Source of the DNA: Macrostomum lignano
Lineage: Eukaryota
Length of the DNA: 64,000 nt
Assembly (NCBI GenBank): GCA_002269645.1
Contig: NIVC01001862.1
Location: 62,001-126,000, forward strand
Reading direction: 5' to 3'
Shown here: piece after piece, positions 27,833-41,487 of the stretch
Numbering within the stretch: position 1 is the first letter of the stretch
How the letters are laid out: every line of letters starts with the position of its first letter
Translations under genes and position numbers: made by a program
The notes under the pieces: generated by a model
Databases searched by the model: none
Seen by the model: the letters and a program-made list of their open reading frames with translations, nothing else
What the model was told of the DNA's origin: nothing

Positions 27833-30115
27833 CTAGAGGTTTCTGCACAGACATGCAAATGCCAAAACTGTTCAAAAAATTGCTTAAGACACAAAAAAGT
27901 AAGTTTCTTTGGTCTTTGGTAGTTTATAAGGCGTTTCAGGTGTAGTAAAACGCAGGTGGCATTTCTTTTGAGAAATTCCAGGCAACCAGTCGCATGTCCA
28001 TGCGCTAGGAAAATTATTTCTATTAAGAAAAACCGCACTATGAAAATACAAAACGAATTCGATAAATCTTTCGCCACGGACAGAAAGATGCCTGCCGCGA
28101 CTGTCGGCAGCTGCGCTAGCGGAGACAATCAGGCAATTAATATAATTATCTGTTGACTGTGCCCACTCGGCGTTTTATTATTTTCGATAGATAAGAGGAA
28201 GTAAAGGAAAGTAAGGCCCTGATTGCCTGCCAAAGCAAAAAAGCAAATAAACACAGGTTAAAGCGCTTTGCAGACACCTGGGTCTGCTGTACGAGTTTAT
28301 TTGGTTCGGACTAAGCAAAGAATAAGAGGAGGCACATATCGGCAAATCTGGCAGTGGTTGATTCAGCAGCTCTGTCAACTAGACTAGACAGGGCATTACC
28401 AATTGCTTTTAGTATTGTTATCGATTATCAGTTGTATCATAATAACCAATACTAATAGTCTGGCATTGCCTGGGGACAGTGACAAGCCGTTGACAAGCTT
28501 GGCAACTCCCTGCATAGTCTAGGTCGGCAAGACCACTGCACACAGGAAAGAAATAAAAATTTTTTGGGGAAATTCGAGTATTGGAGTAATCTCGCACACG
28601 CTTCTCGGTCGATTTTGGCTGGCACGTTGAGATAATGTTGGGCCAGTATGGGAGACTGGTGTGTGTGTGACACCAGGCTCTTGACGGCAGGGGACTGCAT
28701 ACTGGAACCCAACATTACCTCACCGTGGAGGGTCTCAGCCACTGTGATGGCTCAGGATTCTTACGGAAGTGACAACAGCGGCTTTCCTTTTCTATCTGTC
28801 TCTACTTGAAGCCTTGAAGAGAAACTTCTGTGCTCAACTGGGGCTCCTCATCCAGCCGTATTTATAATCTTTTCGGGCCTCTGTGGGCGGATGCAGTCGC
28901 CGTTTGAAATACCAGAACTTAATTGCTCCCCCCACTTACAAAAAACTGCTTGCGTCGGGCCTCGGAGCATAAATGCTTGATTAATGATTACACCTGGCAA
29001 TCTTCTTCTCCTTCGCCGGCTAATTTTCCCATGGATTTAAGGCGAAAATTATCCAAGAGGCGCGCGCGCGTGAGCACAAAGGGAAGAGACAGATGGGGGA
29101 AGACGGGCCGGCCACAAGCAAAATTTTGTGGCGGGAGGAAAGATGGAAATTTTTAACGACAAGCATAATAAGCCAACGTCAATTCGGACGTTACCTTTGC
29201 TTGACGCTTGTTTTCGGTTGGCGGTTCCCTCTTGCCGATGTCGAGATCAGCTGGGAAAAGCAAAAACATATTTCTGATAGCGCCGGCAAGGCTCCGTCGT
29301 TGGCCTTGTTGAGAGAACACTTTACGAATCCCGAGATTTTTATCTCAGAGATTTATCTCGACAATCCTAGTCACCCCCCCCTTAGCTTCTACGACCGCCG
29401 ATCATTTTCCCTGAGCCAGCGAGCACCTGTCCTCATCGCCCAGTCAGTCCTGGGTGATGGGGCAGGCTTTGTTTCGCACTGGTCAAAGGTAAAAGCGTGC
29501 TCTTAAGGTTGGGAAGCTGATCCAGGGGTTCCAGCTGCGAGAGGGGAGGCGTGGCCGAGCCCCCGGGGAAGCCCATATTACTAGCTCGACACATCAGGTG
29601 ATGAGGATTTCGGCACATCAGGTGTTCATTTCAGGCTCACAGACCGCGCTGCACAACTATCGGAGTGACAGACTGACAGCTCACGATTTCTAGCCACGGA
29701 GTCAGGCAGGCGTTGGGCTTTTTTGACTGGCAGGTACTGATTTTCGTCATCTTTTGCAAGCCAGGTAAATTGAAGAGGATATGGGCTTGGAGATTGAACA
29801 TTTTCGCTCATTCCCGGGTCTTTGATGCGAAATAAACATATCGCCGCTTCTTCATGCTCGCTTATTTGGAAACTATATCAAAGGATTCTGACCGGTGGGT
29901 GCAAATTATTATAGGAAAATTTATCAAACTTCAACAGAAGCTATGGATGCAGCTTCAGGCGAGCTGGAATAATTCTGCAAGGCAAAATTGGTGTGGATCG
30001 ACTTTCGCTTTTAAGATCGCTCACGGTGCTGCGAGGACAGCTGTGATGACTTTTCCTGGTTAAACTGCATCGATCGTGTTTTGATAAAAGACATAAAACG
30101 TCAAAATTATTAATA

Positions 30116-30600
30116 TGACATCACGGAGTCACATCAGTTTGAGGTCACATCAGTCTAGAGTCACATCAGTCTGGGGTCACATCAGTCTGGGGTCACATCA
30201 GTTTGAGGTCACATCAGTCTGGGGTCACATCAGTCTGGGGTCACATCAGTTTGAGGTCACATCAGTCTGGGGTCACATCAGTTTGAGGTCACATCAGTCT
30301 GGGGTCACATCAGTTTGAGGTCACATCAGTCTGGGGTCACATCAGTTTGAGGTCACATCAGTCTAGAGTCACATCAGTCTGGGGTCACATCAGTTTGAGG
30401 TCACATCAGTCTAGAGTCACATCAGTCTGGGGTCACATCAGTCTGGGGTCACATCAGTTTGAGGTCACATCAGTCTGGGGTCACATCAGTTTGAGGTCAC
30501 ATCAGTCTGGATTCTGGAATCACATCAGTCTGGGGTCACATCAGTCTGAGGTCACATCAGTTTGAGAGCCACATCAGTCTAGAGGTCAAATCAGTCTGAA
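30116..30600. repeat. 17-bp minisatellite (GGTCACATCAGTCTGGG / GGTCACATCAGTTTGA)n
   Basis: ATCAGT at 30181 and 30198. Confidence 0.95.
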
Positions 30601-33600
30601 AGTCACACATCAGTTTAGAGATCAGTCTGGGAATACAAGGGATAGGAATATACGAATATCGTAATTTAGAACGCAGTCCAGAGACGTACGCTGTCGTTGG
30701 TTTCGCAGTTGGTCATGCAGACAAGGGTGGAAGCCAGTTGGTTTTTCAATTCGAGCTTCGGGCACTTTCACAAGACCTAAATTTCACATAGCAAAAATAT
30801 AATTAGCAGACTACTTCCCAAAAATAAATATTTTACATCGCGTAATTAGTTTCCTAGATTCGGATGCCTGATATTACTCGTAATTGCCGATGGGATAATT
30901 TAGTCTCAAAAATAGATGGCCGTGGCTTTTTCGTTTCGCGGCGAGGCCCATCGTTAATAAATTCGCCGAATTCAACCTTTGCCATTTGCAACAGATCGAG
31001 GGTGCGCTAAAAATAAGATGAGAAGTCAAAGGTAAAATTGAAGTCAATTTTCTGGGGAAAAGGACTACTGTTGATAGATTGCGCCATGAAAATCGTTAAG
31101 TAGATAAAATTATCTCCACTAATCTGCAATTGTGTTATTTTTATCTTGGAATGACTTTTTCTATAGTTATCTTTATCGATGGAAAAATGATTTACAGACT
31201 AATTTAGATCTATTTTAGGTACCACATGTGGTTTCATACAACTCGGCTCTGGGTTCGTGACTTGCTTTAGATTCATGCCACGTACTGCAGGCAACCTATT
31301 TGGACATGCCGGCAAATGGCGTCGATGGTTCACGAGACCATCTCCAAGCCGGGCGCAGACGGTTTCACGGCCATCCTTGAACTGTCTGATAGCTGGATAG
31401 CTGATCCGGATCGGATCTAAATTTTCATATTCGTGTCTACCCACCTCAAAGCTTGGCACAGACCGGACCGTTACCATGCACCTGTCAGCAAGTGGATGAT
31501 GTCAGCTCATGAAGCTTCCTGTCCTCTCAAAGCCTATACAAAGCCAAAACAACAACCCCTTGGTGGCACCCTGGCGCTTGGGATCCCTCGATAAAGCAGT
31601 TAAAAAACTACAGAGGTTCCTCGGCCTCATTTGCAACCTCTTCAAGGCCTGCCTTACCCTCGGGTACATGTACATGTACGTGCCCAGGCTTAGCAAGAGG
31701 TCACGATAGTCTTCATACCCAAACTAGGGAATTAGGGAGACTGTCACTCAAGGACCACTGTATATAGCTATAATACAGGTCCTGCTGTCACTCTGCCAAA
31801 GCTTTCCGCCCCATCAGTCTGACGTCTTTCTTCCTCAAACTGATGGAACGGCTGGTGCTCTGGCGTCTCCTCTCTCAACCAGCACGCCTTTCGACCTGGA
31901 CGTTTCACCGTCAGGCATTTCATTTCGTTTCGTCTCATGCATGCCATTGTCGACAAGCTGGAGCGTGCACTGCTCGGTGCAGGGATATGCGCCCTTGCTT
32001 TTTCGATCGGCATTGATGCGTTTTTTGAAGTAGGCGTGTCCTGGAATAGTGGGCGTCACGAGGACTTCAACGCTGGATAACGTATAAATGGTCTACCCAT
32101 CGGACTGCCAAACTCGCACTCGCCCCTCCGACACGTGACCTCTAATTCTGGTAGGATCCAGAAAGGTGAACCGCATGGTGGAGTCATCTCTGGAACTTGG
32201 TCAGGGATGAATTGCTCAGCCGGACCGGTACCGAGAAGGTTCCGCTATATGTCACCGCCACTGCTGCGGCTGGACCATCACCCATCCTAAGAGACCTCCT
32301 TCATGCTTTCATTAACCGTGCTGATCGAGCGATATTGGCACAACAGCTGCGGTCTCAAGCTCTCTGATTAAAAACCACGCATGGCTATAAATTGTAAGTA
32401 TGTAAAAACTTAAACGATAAAATTTTAAATACAACTTACGTATTTACAGTACATCTACAGCACAAAATGCAGGTAGTGTATGCAAGAACATTACATGTAC
32501 ATTCGACTTTTTCAATTTTAATTTTTTAATTTTACTGTGCAAATAATTCCTCACTCAAAACCTCACTCCATTGTTTTCTCAGCAGAAAAAGTACCAAAGG
32601 AATGAGCTGAATGATTAGTTTAACTAGTTTTTTTTCCGTAGAAGGAACGGGTCGTCCTTCTCTGGTCGTCCCTCTGAGAAAAAATAAAAGCCGAGTGTTT
32701 TAGGTGTGAAAAATTCCGGAAGTGAATCATAGTATATACAGTAAAACTAACGCAGTAATCTATGTACGCATTTTTAGGCAAAACTATGAGCCTTAGACCC
32801 ACTTTTATTTTTAAAAGCATTTAATGGTTAGGCTTCGCAACTATTTTGAATAGCTTTGAATACTAAAAAAATCTTTTTCAAACTGTAAAATTTCAAGAAA
32901 TCGTTCACTTACCATAGCGTCCTCAATCGTTATCTTTTGCTTTGCCTTTGTCATACTTGAAGTGTGCTATAAACTATAAAGCAAGTACCACTGCGACTAC
33001 TATACTGGTATTTAGTTACTGCCTTACTTGCTAGCAGCTGCGCATAAGGTTACTGCTATAGTTCATTAAAGATCTTATTTTCTTCCCTAATATAAGTTTC
33101 ATTAGAGACAGACAGGAGATAAAAATGTACTCCGTTCAGGTTCTCAAAAAGCTGAATGTTCTAAAGTCATTTATCCAAGTTAATCCAAGGTATGCAATTT
33201 ATAAAGCCTTAATATAAGCCATTATACTTATAGTTTTAATTTATGTTATTATCTATTATTAGTTTTAATAATCATTATATTATAATCCATAGTCTGGATA
33301 ATGACAGGTGTACGCCGGAATGAAAATTCATGTTTTTTCAATTTTATGCTGATGTAAAATAAAATAAAAATTTTATGCTGAAACTAAAATTGTTTATATG
33401 CCATTTTTAACAAATATATATTTTAGGAACTCAAAACTTTAAATAAACTTTAAAACAGCTGTTTTTGCTAAAAACTGATATTCTTTGTTTTAATTTTGAT
33501 TTTCTCGTGATCGTGTTCATATTTTCTATTTTAGTTTCCGATTATTTTTAAAGAGCCTTTGACGTTGGTTGATATTTAACTACACAAATATATTAGCCTT

Positions 33601-33978
33601 GAACTTGGCTATTTTTGGTATGTCAACTGTGTATACTTCATGTTGAACCTGAAAATTCTATACGCCAAGTGTGCACCAAGATTGTCAGCGAGAGCAAAAA
33701 TACGCCAGAAAATTCTAGCCTAAAGGTCACCTTCTGGACTATGGATTATAATCAAATAGTCTTCTAGTTAGGCCTATTATTAATGAGTTTAAATATTCAT
33801 TAATATTAAGAATTTTCTTTTCATGAATTCCAAATTTATATTTTAGTTTTCAAAATTATATAAATCAATAGTGCAAATAGAAATTTGCATTCCTAGATAC
33901 CATCATCTAACAACTTTGTCATCCAGATGATAAACTATCTAAAGTCAAAGACCAAGGTCTAAAAGGGTAAATAAAAAA

Positions 33979-34643
33979 CAGTCTACTTTGGTAACAGCCA
34001 TTTGGGTAATAGCCATTTTGGTAACAAGTGAGAATAATATAATATGCATTAATTGATATGCTCCAAAAGGATGTCTGAACAAACTTTAAAGAAAGAATGA
34101 CAAAACACATGTGTATCTGCATGTGTTTAACTTGTTTTAAAGTGTTTTAACTGATCTATTTTAATTTCCAGATGAGTCAGATTATGTGCACCCAAGACAT
34201 CCTGTAATTGACCAAATTTTATGACTATGTACATTAGAATCTCTGATACTAGTTAGCAAATAGTGACTTAAAATTACAAAATCTACTTTTTTCTTCATAA
34301 TTATTTAAAAATTTTTCAATTTCAATCAATGTATAGGAGCTATATAGCTTGCTTTGCTTAATTTTCTTTGCCTTTAAATGTTTCACAAAGTTACCGCACA
34401 AGTTTAAACAAAGTATAATACAGTTTAACAGTATGTGCAATAAGACATTTGAAATATTAATTATTAAGCTAATTATTGCCAAACCTAATTATCATAAAAA
34501 TATAGTGTTGACAATCGTAAATCTGCTTTGTTACCAAAGTTGCAGTTACCAAAATGTTCATTTTTTGTTACCGAAATGGCTGTTACTGAAATGGCTATTA
34601 CTGAAATGGCTGTTATTGAAATCTCTGTTACCAAAGTGGATTG
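33979..34643. mobile_element. Tc1/pogo-like MITE with subterminal ~13-bp tandem repeats
   Basis: Left end CAGTCTACTTTGGTAACAGCCATTT versus reverse complement of right end CAATCCACTTTGGTAACAG. AGCCATTT repeats are inverted at the two ends. TA follows the right end only. Confidence 0.6.
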
Positions 34644-35374
34644 TACTCATAACTTTTATGTGTTAACCAATTATTTAGCAATAAATAAATTTGGCAATAG
34701 AGATTCTCCAATCACCATGGATAAATTTGTCAAAGGCAAATAACAATCTAGCTATATTTGGCAATAATAACTAAACTGCGCAATATGGAATAGATTTGCA
34801 TAAATCCATGCAAATAAAAAACATTTGTTTAACAAGTTTATTAGATGACCCAAGTATTAATTAACTAAAATGCGGTTATGGATGTGGATTACTATTTTGT
34901 AGAATCAATTCAGATATAAATAGCAGATGCAGAAAATCTCCAGATTTAGTTCTATCAAAACATTGATTTATATTCTGCTTTATATCGGGTTCTATTTATT
35001 TTTAGATAATTTTTTCTTATTTAAATCTATTGTAAATAGTGACAAAAATAATTGTCTCTATTTTCAAAAAATCAATCATGATGAGGAAATCATCAAGAGA
35101 TTTATATATACCTTACAGATTTGGCACAGATATATGAAAACAAGAAACTAGTCAATCTATATTTGAACTATCTAGTTGAACTATTTAAAATCCAAACTTA
35201 AACTTTACACACTTGTGGTCTCTGGAAGTGCACATATATGTTTCTATTATATCTAGTGACCAAAATAACTTCAGACCTAATCAAATTTCTTATTTTCTAC
35301 TATCAGTAGAGTATCTCAAAGTAGCTTTACTTTGAAAAAAAAGAAAATGATTTTTCATCATTATTTCAAAATTA

Positions 35375-37394
35375 CAACAACAACAAAATACGCTGTCATG
35401 ATGGTAAAAGTCAGCGTCACAGGGCGCGCTTCATGGCTTGGGCGCGAACAAAGGCTGTGTCCGGGGCGCCGGCGTCAGCCAGCAGACAGTCGACATAACG
35501 CCGAGTTCGCGCTTGACCTCGCCGGTAGGGTGCCTGCAGCGTGAGCAGCAGCACCTCCTGCACCGGCTGTGGGCAGTACGACTTGGCGCGGATGAGATGG
35601 CCTGCGAGCTGGAGTCGCCGACGGCGCAGTAGATCACTTGGACGTGGCAGGCCAGCGCGGCGATAGAGTGCCGCGTTGGTGACTCGCTCGACGCCGATGT
35701 TGAAGGCGGCGCGCAGCAGACCAGCGTGCGCCGCATCGACTTGCTGTTCGAGTGAGTCCGTCAGCGTCCAGGTCTCGGCGTTGTACAGCAGGACGGTCTC
35801 GATTACCGCCTGGAACAGCGCCGCCCTCTGGCGGTCCGGTAGGGCCTCGGACTGCAGGACTGCCCTCACAGAACGAAAGGCAGCCCAGGCAAGCCCGCGG
35901 CGGCGTCGCAGGTCCTCGCGAGCGTCTGGAACCAGACCGCCAAGGTAGACGAACTGCTGACATCGCGGGAGTTCGGTCGCCTGCCCGTCAGCGCCTCGGC
36001 AAAATATTGCAGCCTCGATGTCGTCCGGCACGCAGAGCACAACGGTCTTCTGCGTGTTGACCACCAGGCCGACACTCGCCGCAACGGCAACCAGCCTGTC
36101 CAGCTGCCGTTGGGCGCCCTCGACGGTCGAGGACAGCAGGGCGAGGTCGTCGGCGTAGCCAAGCATGCTGAGCCGCTTCTCCGGTTGACGTCGACCCACG
36201 CGTCGCTGCAGCAGAAAACCGTCGTCGTTGGTAGGAAGAGCAGTCTGCAGCACCCAGTCAAGCACCAGGACGAACAGAAACGGCGCCAGCGTATCTCCCT
36301 GAAGCACTCCGGAGGATGTCTCAAAAGAGTCCGATAGGCCGTCCGGTGTTGTCACAGCAGCTGTCGTATCACGGTACATCGCCATGACGGCGGAGATCAG
36401 CTGCTTAGGCACGTTGTACGCGCGGAGCACCATTGGAAGCACGGCTCTGACAACCGAGTCGAATGCCTTCTTGAAATCAATAAAGATTAAAATCAGTATC
36501 GACTGACGAATCCGCGCCTCCTCGATGACTCGGCGAAGAGCCAGGATCTGCGCCACTGTGCCGCGATGGGGCCGGAACCCGTTCTGCTCTGGGCGCAGGT
36601 ACGGATCCAGCACGGGCTGCAACCGCGAAAGCAGCATCCGGTTGAACAGCTTCGCTGCACAGGACTGAAGGCAGATGCCTCGATGGTCTTCAAGCCTAGT
36701 GGTGCCCGGCTTCTTTGGAACAGCGACGATGTGCGCCGTGGTCCATTCGTTGGGCGCCGCCTCACCGAAGAGCACGCGGTTCATCACTCTGGCGACCTCA
36801 GCGGCCACACAGGGGATGCGCAGCGCCTCGATGGGCACCTCGTCCGGACCCAGCGCTTTCCCGCCCGGTGACTGCTGGGCGAGCTTGACAACGTCGGCTG
36901 CGTTGACTGGGGCTACGCTGAAACTCTCCTCTGCCGGCAGCGGCGTCTCCGGCGGCAGCGTCAGACTGTCTGGCAGCGGGGGTGGCGGCGCGTTGACGAT
37001 GGCGGCGAAGAACTCGCGCAGCTCGTTCCTACGCTCGTCCGGCGTGTCACCAGCCAGGTTCAGCGGATTGCGCCGCTTTCGTCCCGTCAGAGCGTTGATG
37101 GCGGACCAGGCCACGCGCCCTCTGGCATCGGGCCCAGCGGCAGAGACAGCCTGAATGGCGTCATCGACAGCCGCTTGTTGGCGCTGCAGGTAGACAGCTG
37201 CCAGAGCTGCCTCTGCCTCGCGGGTTGGTCGCCTGCTCAAGCGGAGCTTCTCCAGATCTTCCCTCGCTGCCTGAATCGCGGGGTCGTCCTGCCAGACAGG
37301 CTGCCCACGTTGAGCCGGCTGCATCATCGGGACTGCTTGCTCCGCGGCGGTTCTGACTGCAGCGCACACTTCCGCATACTGGGCACTTCCACAC
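35375..37394 (-). mobile_element. 5'-truncated RTE-type non-LTR retrotransposon with intact reverse transcriptase domain (ORF 35417-37392)
   Basis: Motifs EQNGFRPHRG, FIDFKKAFDSV, GVLQGDTLAPFLF, GYADDLALL, FVYLG. No endonuclease domain. (TTG)n 3' tail. Candidate TSD TTCAAAATTA at 35365-35374 and 37407-37416. GC-rich relative to AT-rich flanks. Confidence 0.93.
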
Positions 37395-37423
37395 TTTTTA
37401 ATTAAATTCAAAATTAATTTAAA

Positions 37424-37564
37424 TAAAAACAATTTATCTGAAAAAACAATTTATCTGAAAAAACAATTTATCTGAAAAAACAATTTATCTGAAAAAACAA
37501 TTTATCTGAAAAAACAATTTATCTGAAAAAAACAATTTATCTGAAAAAACAATTTATCTGAAAA
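37424..37564. repeat. 17-bp tandem repeat (AAAAAACAATTTATCTG)n at the LINE 5' junction
   Basis: CAATTT at 37447 and 37464; about 8 copies. Confidence 0.9.
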
Positions 37565-38856
37565 TAGCGCCTAATCAAAAATAGAAATAAAACAGAATAT
37601 AAATCCATGTTATAATAGAACTAAATCTGGAGATTTTCTGCATCTGCTATTTATCTCTATATTGATTCTGCAAAATAGTAATCCGTATCTATATCTGCAT
37701 TTTAGTATGCAAATCCATTCCATATCCATATCCATTTCCACAGTTTAGTTTGTACCATATTTGGCAACAATGAGGGAAAAAGAATTTTGTATAATCTTAT
37801 TAATTCTTTTAATACTTATATAATGGTATTAGTTAATATGTAGGCCTAATTAACTTTCATTTTTAATTCAATTTGTTTTATCTTTTGAGTAGGCCTATTT
37901 CCAAGAAATTTTTTATTCAAGATGCACAATTTTAGAAATTCAGATATAGAGCAAATTTGTCTCTTTTCTCTTTTTCTCACCTGTTCTTTCTTCTCTTTTA
38001 TCCATATTTTTCCTCTAAATTGCATTTCATATTATATTTACCTTAGAAATACAAATTATATATTTGTAACTTTGCAATTGTCTAGTCCCAAGTCCAGAAT
38101 GAGAAAAGAAAAGGGGACATTTTGTTTCATAGCCTTGAATTCTCATAGTTTAGCCTTGGTTTTTATATATAGTTATATCCAGTGGTATTTGTAAATTGAT
38201 TCTATAATAGTTTTTATTGGTAAATGACAAACTGACAAAACTCTAAAGCATGCCAATTAGCTAAATGATGACAAGTAGATGACAAAATAGATAACAAAAG
38301 TGCAAGATGACAAAAGTATAAAATGACAGTGTTTAACCATGAGTGGGCAGATGGCCCAATTTCGGGTCATCCCGCCAGCACCAAAGCAAATGGCTGTGCA
38401 TTTGTAAAGTCTATGGCAAATCAATCATCATCTCAGCACACCCATTCCCAATGGGAATGGCCCAATTTTGGGTCAGTGTCTAAGAATGTTGCAAATAGTA
38501 GATGACACAAAAAATGAGAATTATTAGCTTAGGTATGTCATACCTGTAATTTTAATAACTTGTTTATAATAAAACTGACTATGGAAGTTTTCAAAAAAAC
38601 TGTAAAAATTGCTTCTACAAAGTAAGCTTGTTCCCAATGAAGCTGGAATAGTCTAATTACATGACTTATAAGGGACAATTTCCAAGTAGGAAAAGATGTA
38701 AACACTGGAGCATCTGTAAGATACAAGTAAGCAGGGTGGTATTCTACAATGAGTAGGTAGGTAGGTAGGTGGTTAGGTACATGTGGGTAGGTGATGAAAG
38801 GGAATGGCCAGTTAAGGGATTGCGCCTGAATAGGAGACTCAGAACTGTGGTACATG

Positions 38857-40501
38857 TAAGGGGCGACCCAGTGCTGGGCCCAGGCCCGAAAAGTTGGGAA
38901 TCTCGACCAAAATCGTGGCCTGACCCGGGCCCGGGCCCGACCCTAAAAAAGTCAGGAAATTGGGACAAGTCTTCTTTCCCTAAAGGCACTAACCGCATGC
39001 AAATAAGAATAAACTCAAGACTCAAGCACTGCACGACTGCAGTAACAGTAATAGATGATATGATGTGAAGTAGCAATATCATTGATTCGTAGTAGGCTCT
39101 TAGCGTGAGCGTCAGCCACAGCTAGTTTCTACTTTCCAGGAAGATTGGATTTTTTCCAGGAAGATAAAATTTAAACATAGTTCTGCAATACTTTTTTGCA
39201 ATTTTGATTCCACTTTACACGCTGCAGGCTGCAGTCTAAAAGCAAAAATATGATTCTTTATTTAAAAAGTTGATTTGTCATTTTTAAGCTTTTGTAAATA
39301 AAATTTAAATTTCCTATTTAAATTCCAAGAAGTACCTACGAAGGGCCAAGGCTACCATTTATCCAAGAAGTTTGCTATCTATCAGAGTTTGTAATTGTGT
39401 ACGAATTTGTATCGTAGTCATAGGGCCTTTTCATATTGCTTGTTCTGGTTCCAGAACCAGAACCAATTTGTGAAGTATAACTTTTTGTCTCCATAACTAG
39501 AGGGAGATACGTGCTATAAAGTTTTTATTATTGAATGACAATCGCCAAGAAGAAAGTGAAAAATTATGCTAAGTGAGTTTGTTAAGGCAGTCAAACATTC
39601 GACAGAATTAAATAGTTATACTGCTGTTTTTCTTGGAAAATCTGAACCGATTCTGATTCTGGAATTAGTAATATGAAAAGCCTCATAGTCGTAAACTCAT
39701 AGTATCGTATTTGTAATCATATATAGGTAGGTAGGTGAGCAGGTAGGCAGGTATCAGTTAATTACTTGTATTTCCATTGTCTGTTTGCCTGTTCTGTTGA
39801 GTGTTGTGTTGTGTTGTTACTTCACTTGTGTTCTGTTCTGTTGTCTTGTCTTGTTGTCTTACTGAATACTGACTGTGTACTGTACATGGCTCTTTACATT
39901 AAAGCTATGTAAAGGAACTAAAAATTCAAATAAAAGAATCAATTGATTTGGTTATTACTTCCTTACTGCTTTCAATGCCAAGTGCCTTACACTTAATGCT
40001 TCAGCTTTTCTTCTTTTTGCTTACTGCCACTGCCAGCCGCACTGCTGCAGTGCCTGCTTGCCTGCCTCACTGCCTGTTAGTGTCACTGTCACTGGCACAC
40101 ACACAGTACTTGTGCCACACTGACATTGAATTTGAACTATTGAGTATATTGATATTTGAGTATTAAGTCTTGTAATGTAACTCTTATCTATTCTTAAGTC
40201 TTAACTAATGTATTAAATAATAATAATATTTATTATATATTTATTATATTTAATATATTTATATATTATTATATATTTAATATTTATTATACGTTTAATA
40301 TATTATATTATATTTAATATATTTATATATTCATTGTATATTTAATAGTAATCTGCATATGCTAAAAGTATTAAGATTAATTATGATGATTTTTTTCCTA
40401 TTATTGAGCTGTCCTAAAGATCTTGTCCCGAATTCCCGAGGCCCAACCCGGGCCCGAGTTGTCATTCCCGGGCCCAACTTTGGCCGTCCCGTCGCCCTCT
40501 A
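38857..40501. mobile_element. non-autonomous hAT-type element, 1645 bp
   Basis: 8-bp TSD GGTACATG (38849-38856, 40502-40509). TIR starts TAAGGGGCGAC / TAGAGGGCGAC. Subterminal CCCGGG motifs and GGGACAAG inverted at both ends. Confidence 0.8.
39535..39572 (+). CDS. candidate first coding exon of ACADVL (MTIAKKKVKNYA)
   Basis: ATG 39535, donor AA|GTGAGT in phase 2, which matches the phase of the exon at 41488. Lies inside the hAT element. Confidence 0.3.
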
Positions 40502-41487
40502 GGTACATGCACTTGCATGCGACTGCAATAGAGCCAAAAAAGCATATATGAATAATGCAACATATAACAATTCAGTGAATAACAAACATTGACATCAACA
40601 AAAAATTGATTATATAATAATGGTTTTGAATCATGTAATGGTTTAAAGGTAATAAAGGTAATAGCTAATAGTAAGTGCAAGTGCTAGTGTGAAAAACAGG
40701 GCACCTAGGCAAAGGGCTGGAACTCCCAGGCAGGCTTTGCAAACAAATATAGTCTTCTTGACCTGATTCTTGGAGATTGGCTTGGTGAATGGGCATCACC
40801 TCCACCTCCTCCACCAATAGCAAGAGCACCAACACCACCTGGTGTAGGTCCACGTCTCCTGGCAACCCCAGTGTCCTCCACAAGACTCTTTACTACCAGC
40901 CTTAGAAACTGCAGAAAAGTCTTTGTGCCACCTGACTGTCAGTAGATCACCCACAAGTTCCGCACAAGCATTGCAAGAAGATGAAATCCCAGCTTGTGGA
41001 ACCAGCATATGCTCTTTTAGTTCGTGAGTATCTCTACCAAAGGGAGGGGGCAACCAGCCCTTCACCCCCTGGTTACACCACTGTACAAGATATGGGTGCA
41101 TTATTAGTAAATGATGTTATCACGTATAACATGATAGTGAAAGTCTATTATAATGCTATTGATTTTAATATATATAAATTATAATATTTGTAATTATACT
41201 TAGCTACAAAAGATTAGGCCAATGCTAAGTATTTATATCAAGGCCAATTTAGGTTAGATTAACCTCAACAAACTTATTTTTATTAATAATGATATAATGA
41301 TTATAACTTTATATACAGTTATATCCTAATTTCTATATATTTTCTAATAAAAAATTTCATGGTATTTGTAATATCTGGCTTCTTTTCATAACTTCTGGTT
41401 TTGAAAATTAATACTACTTTTTATTTATATAATGTTTACTTAGTTATATATACTGGATTTATCCTTCTGTATTTTGTTTATTTTTAG

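Larger units (their letters stand above)
34765..37756. mobile_element. non-autonomous long-TIR (Mutator/foldback-like) DNA element, interrupted by an RTE LINE
   Basis: About 200-bp imperfect inverted arms (34765-35000 / 37570-37756), including a 39-bp perfect match ATAAATAGCAGATGCAGAAAATCTCCAGATTTAGTTCTA. Direct repeat ATATTTGGCAA at 34754-34764 and 37757-37767. Confidence 0.65.

Noticed and set aside
35332-37405. Plus-strand and alternate-frame ORFs over the RTE element
   Set aside because: Shadow ORFs of the GC-rich RT coding sequence.
41040-41083. Solo hAT-like end (CCCCCTGGTTACACCACTG)
   Set aside because: No partner terminus or TSD was found.
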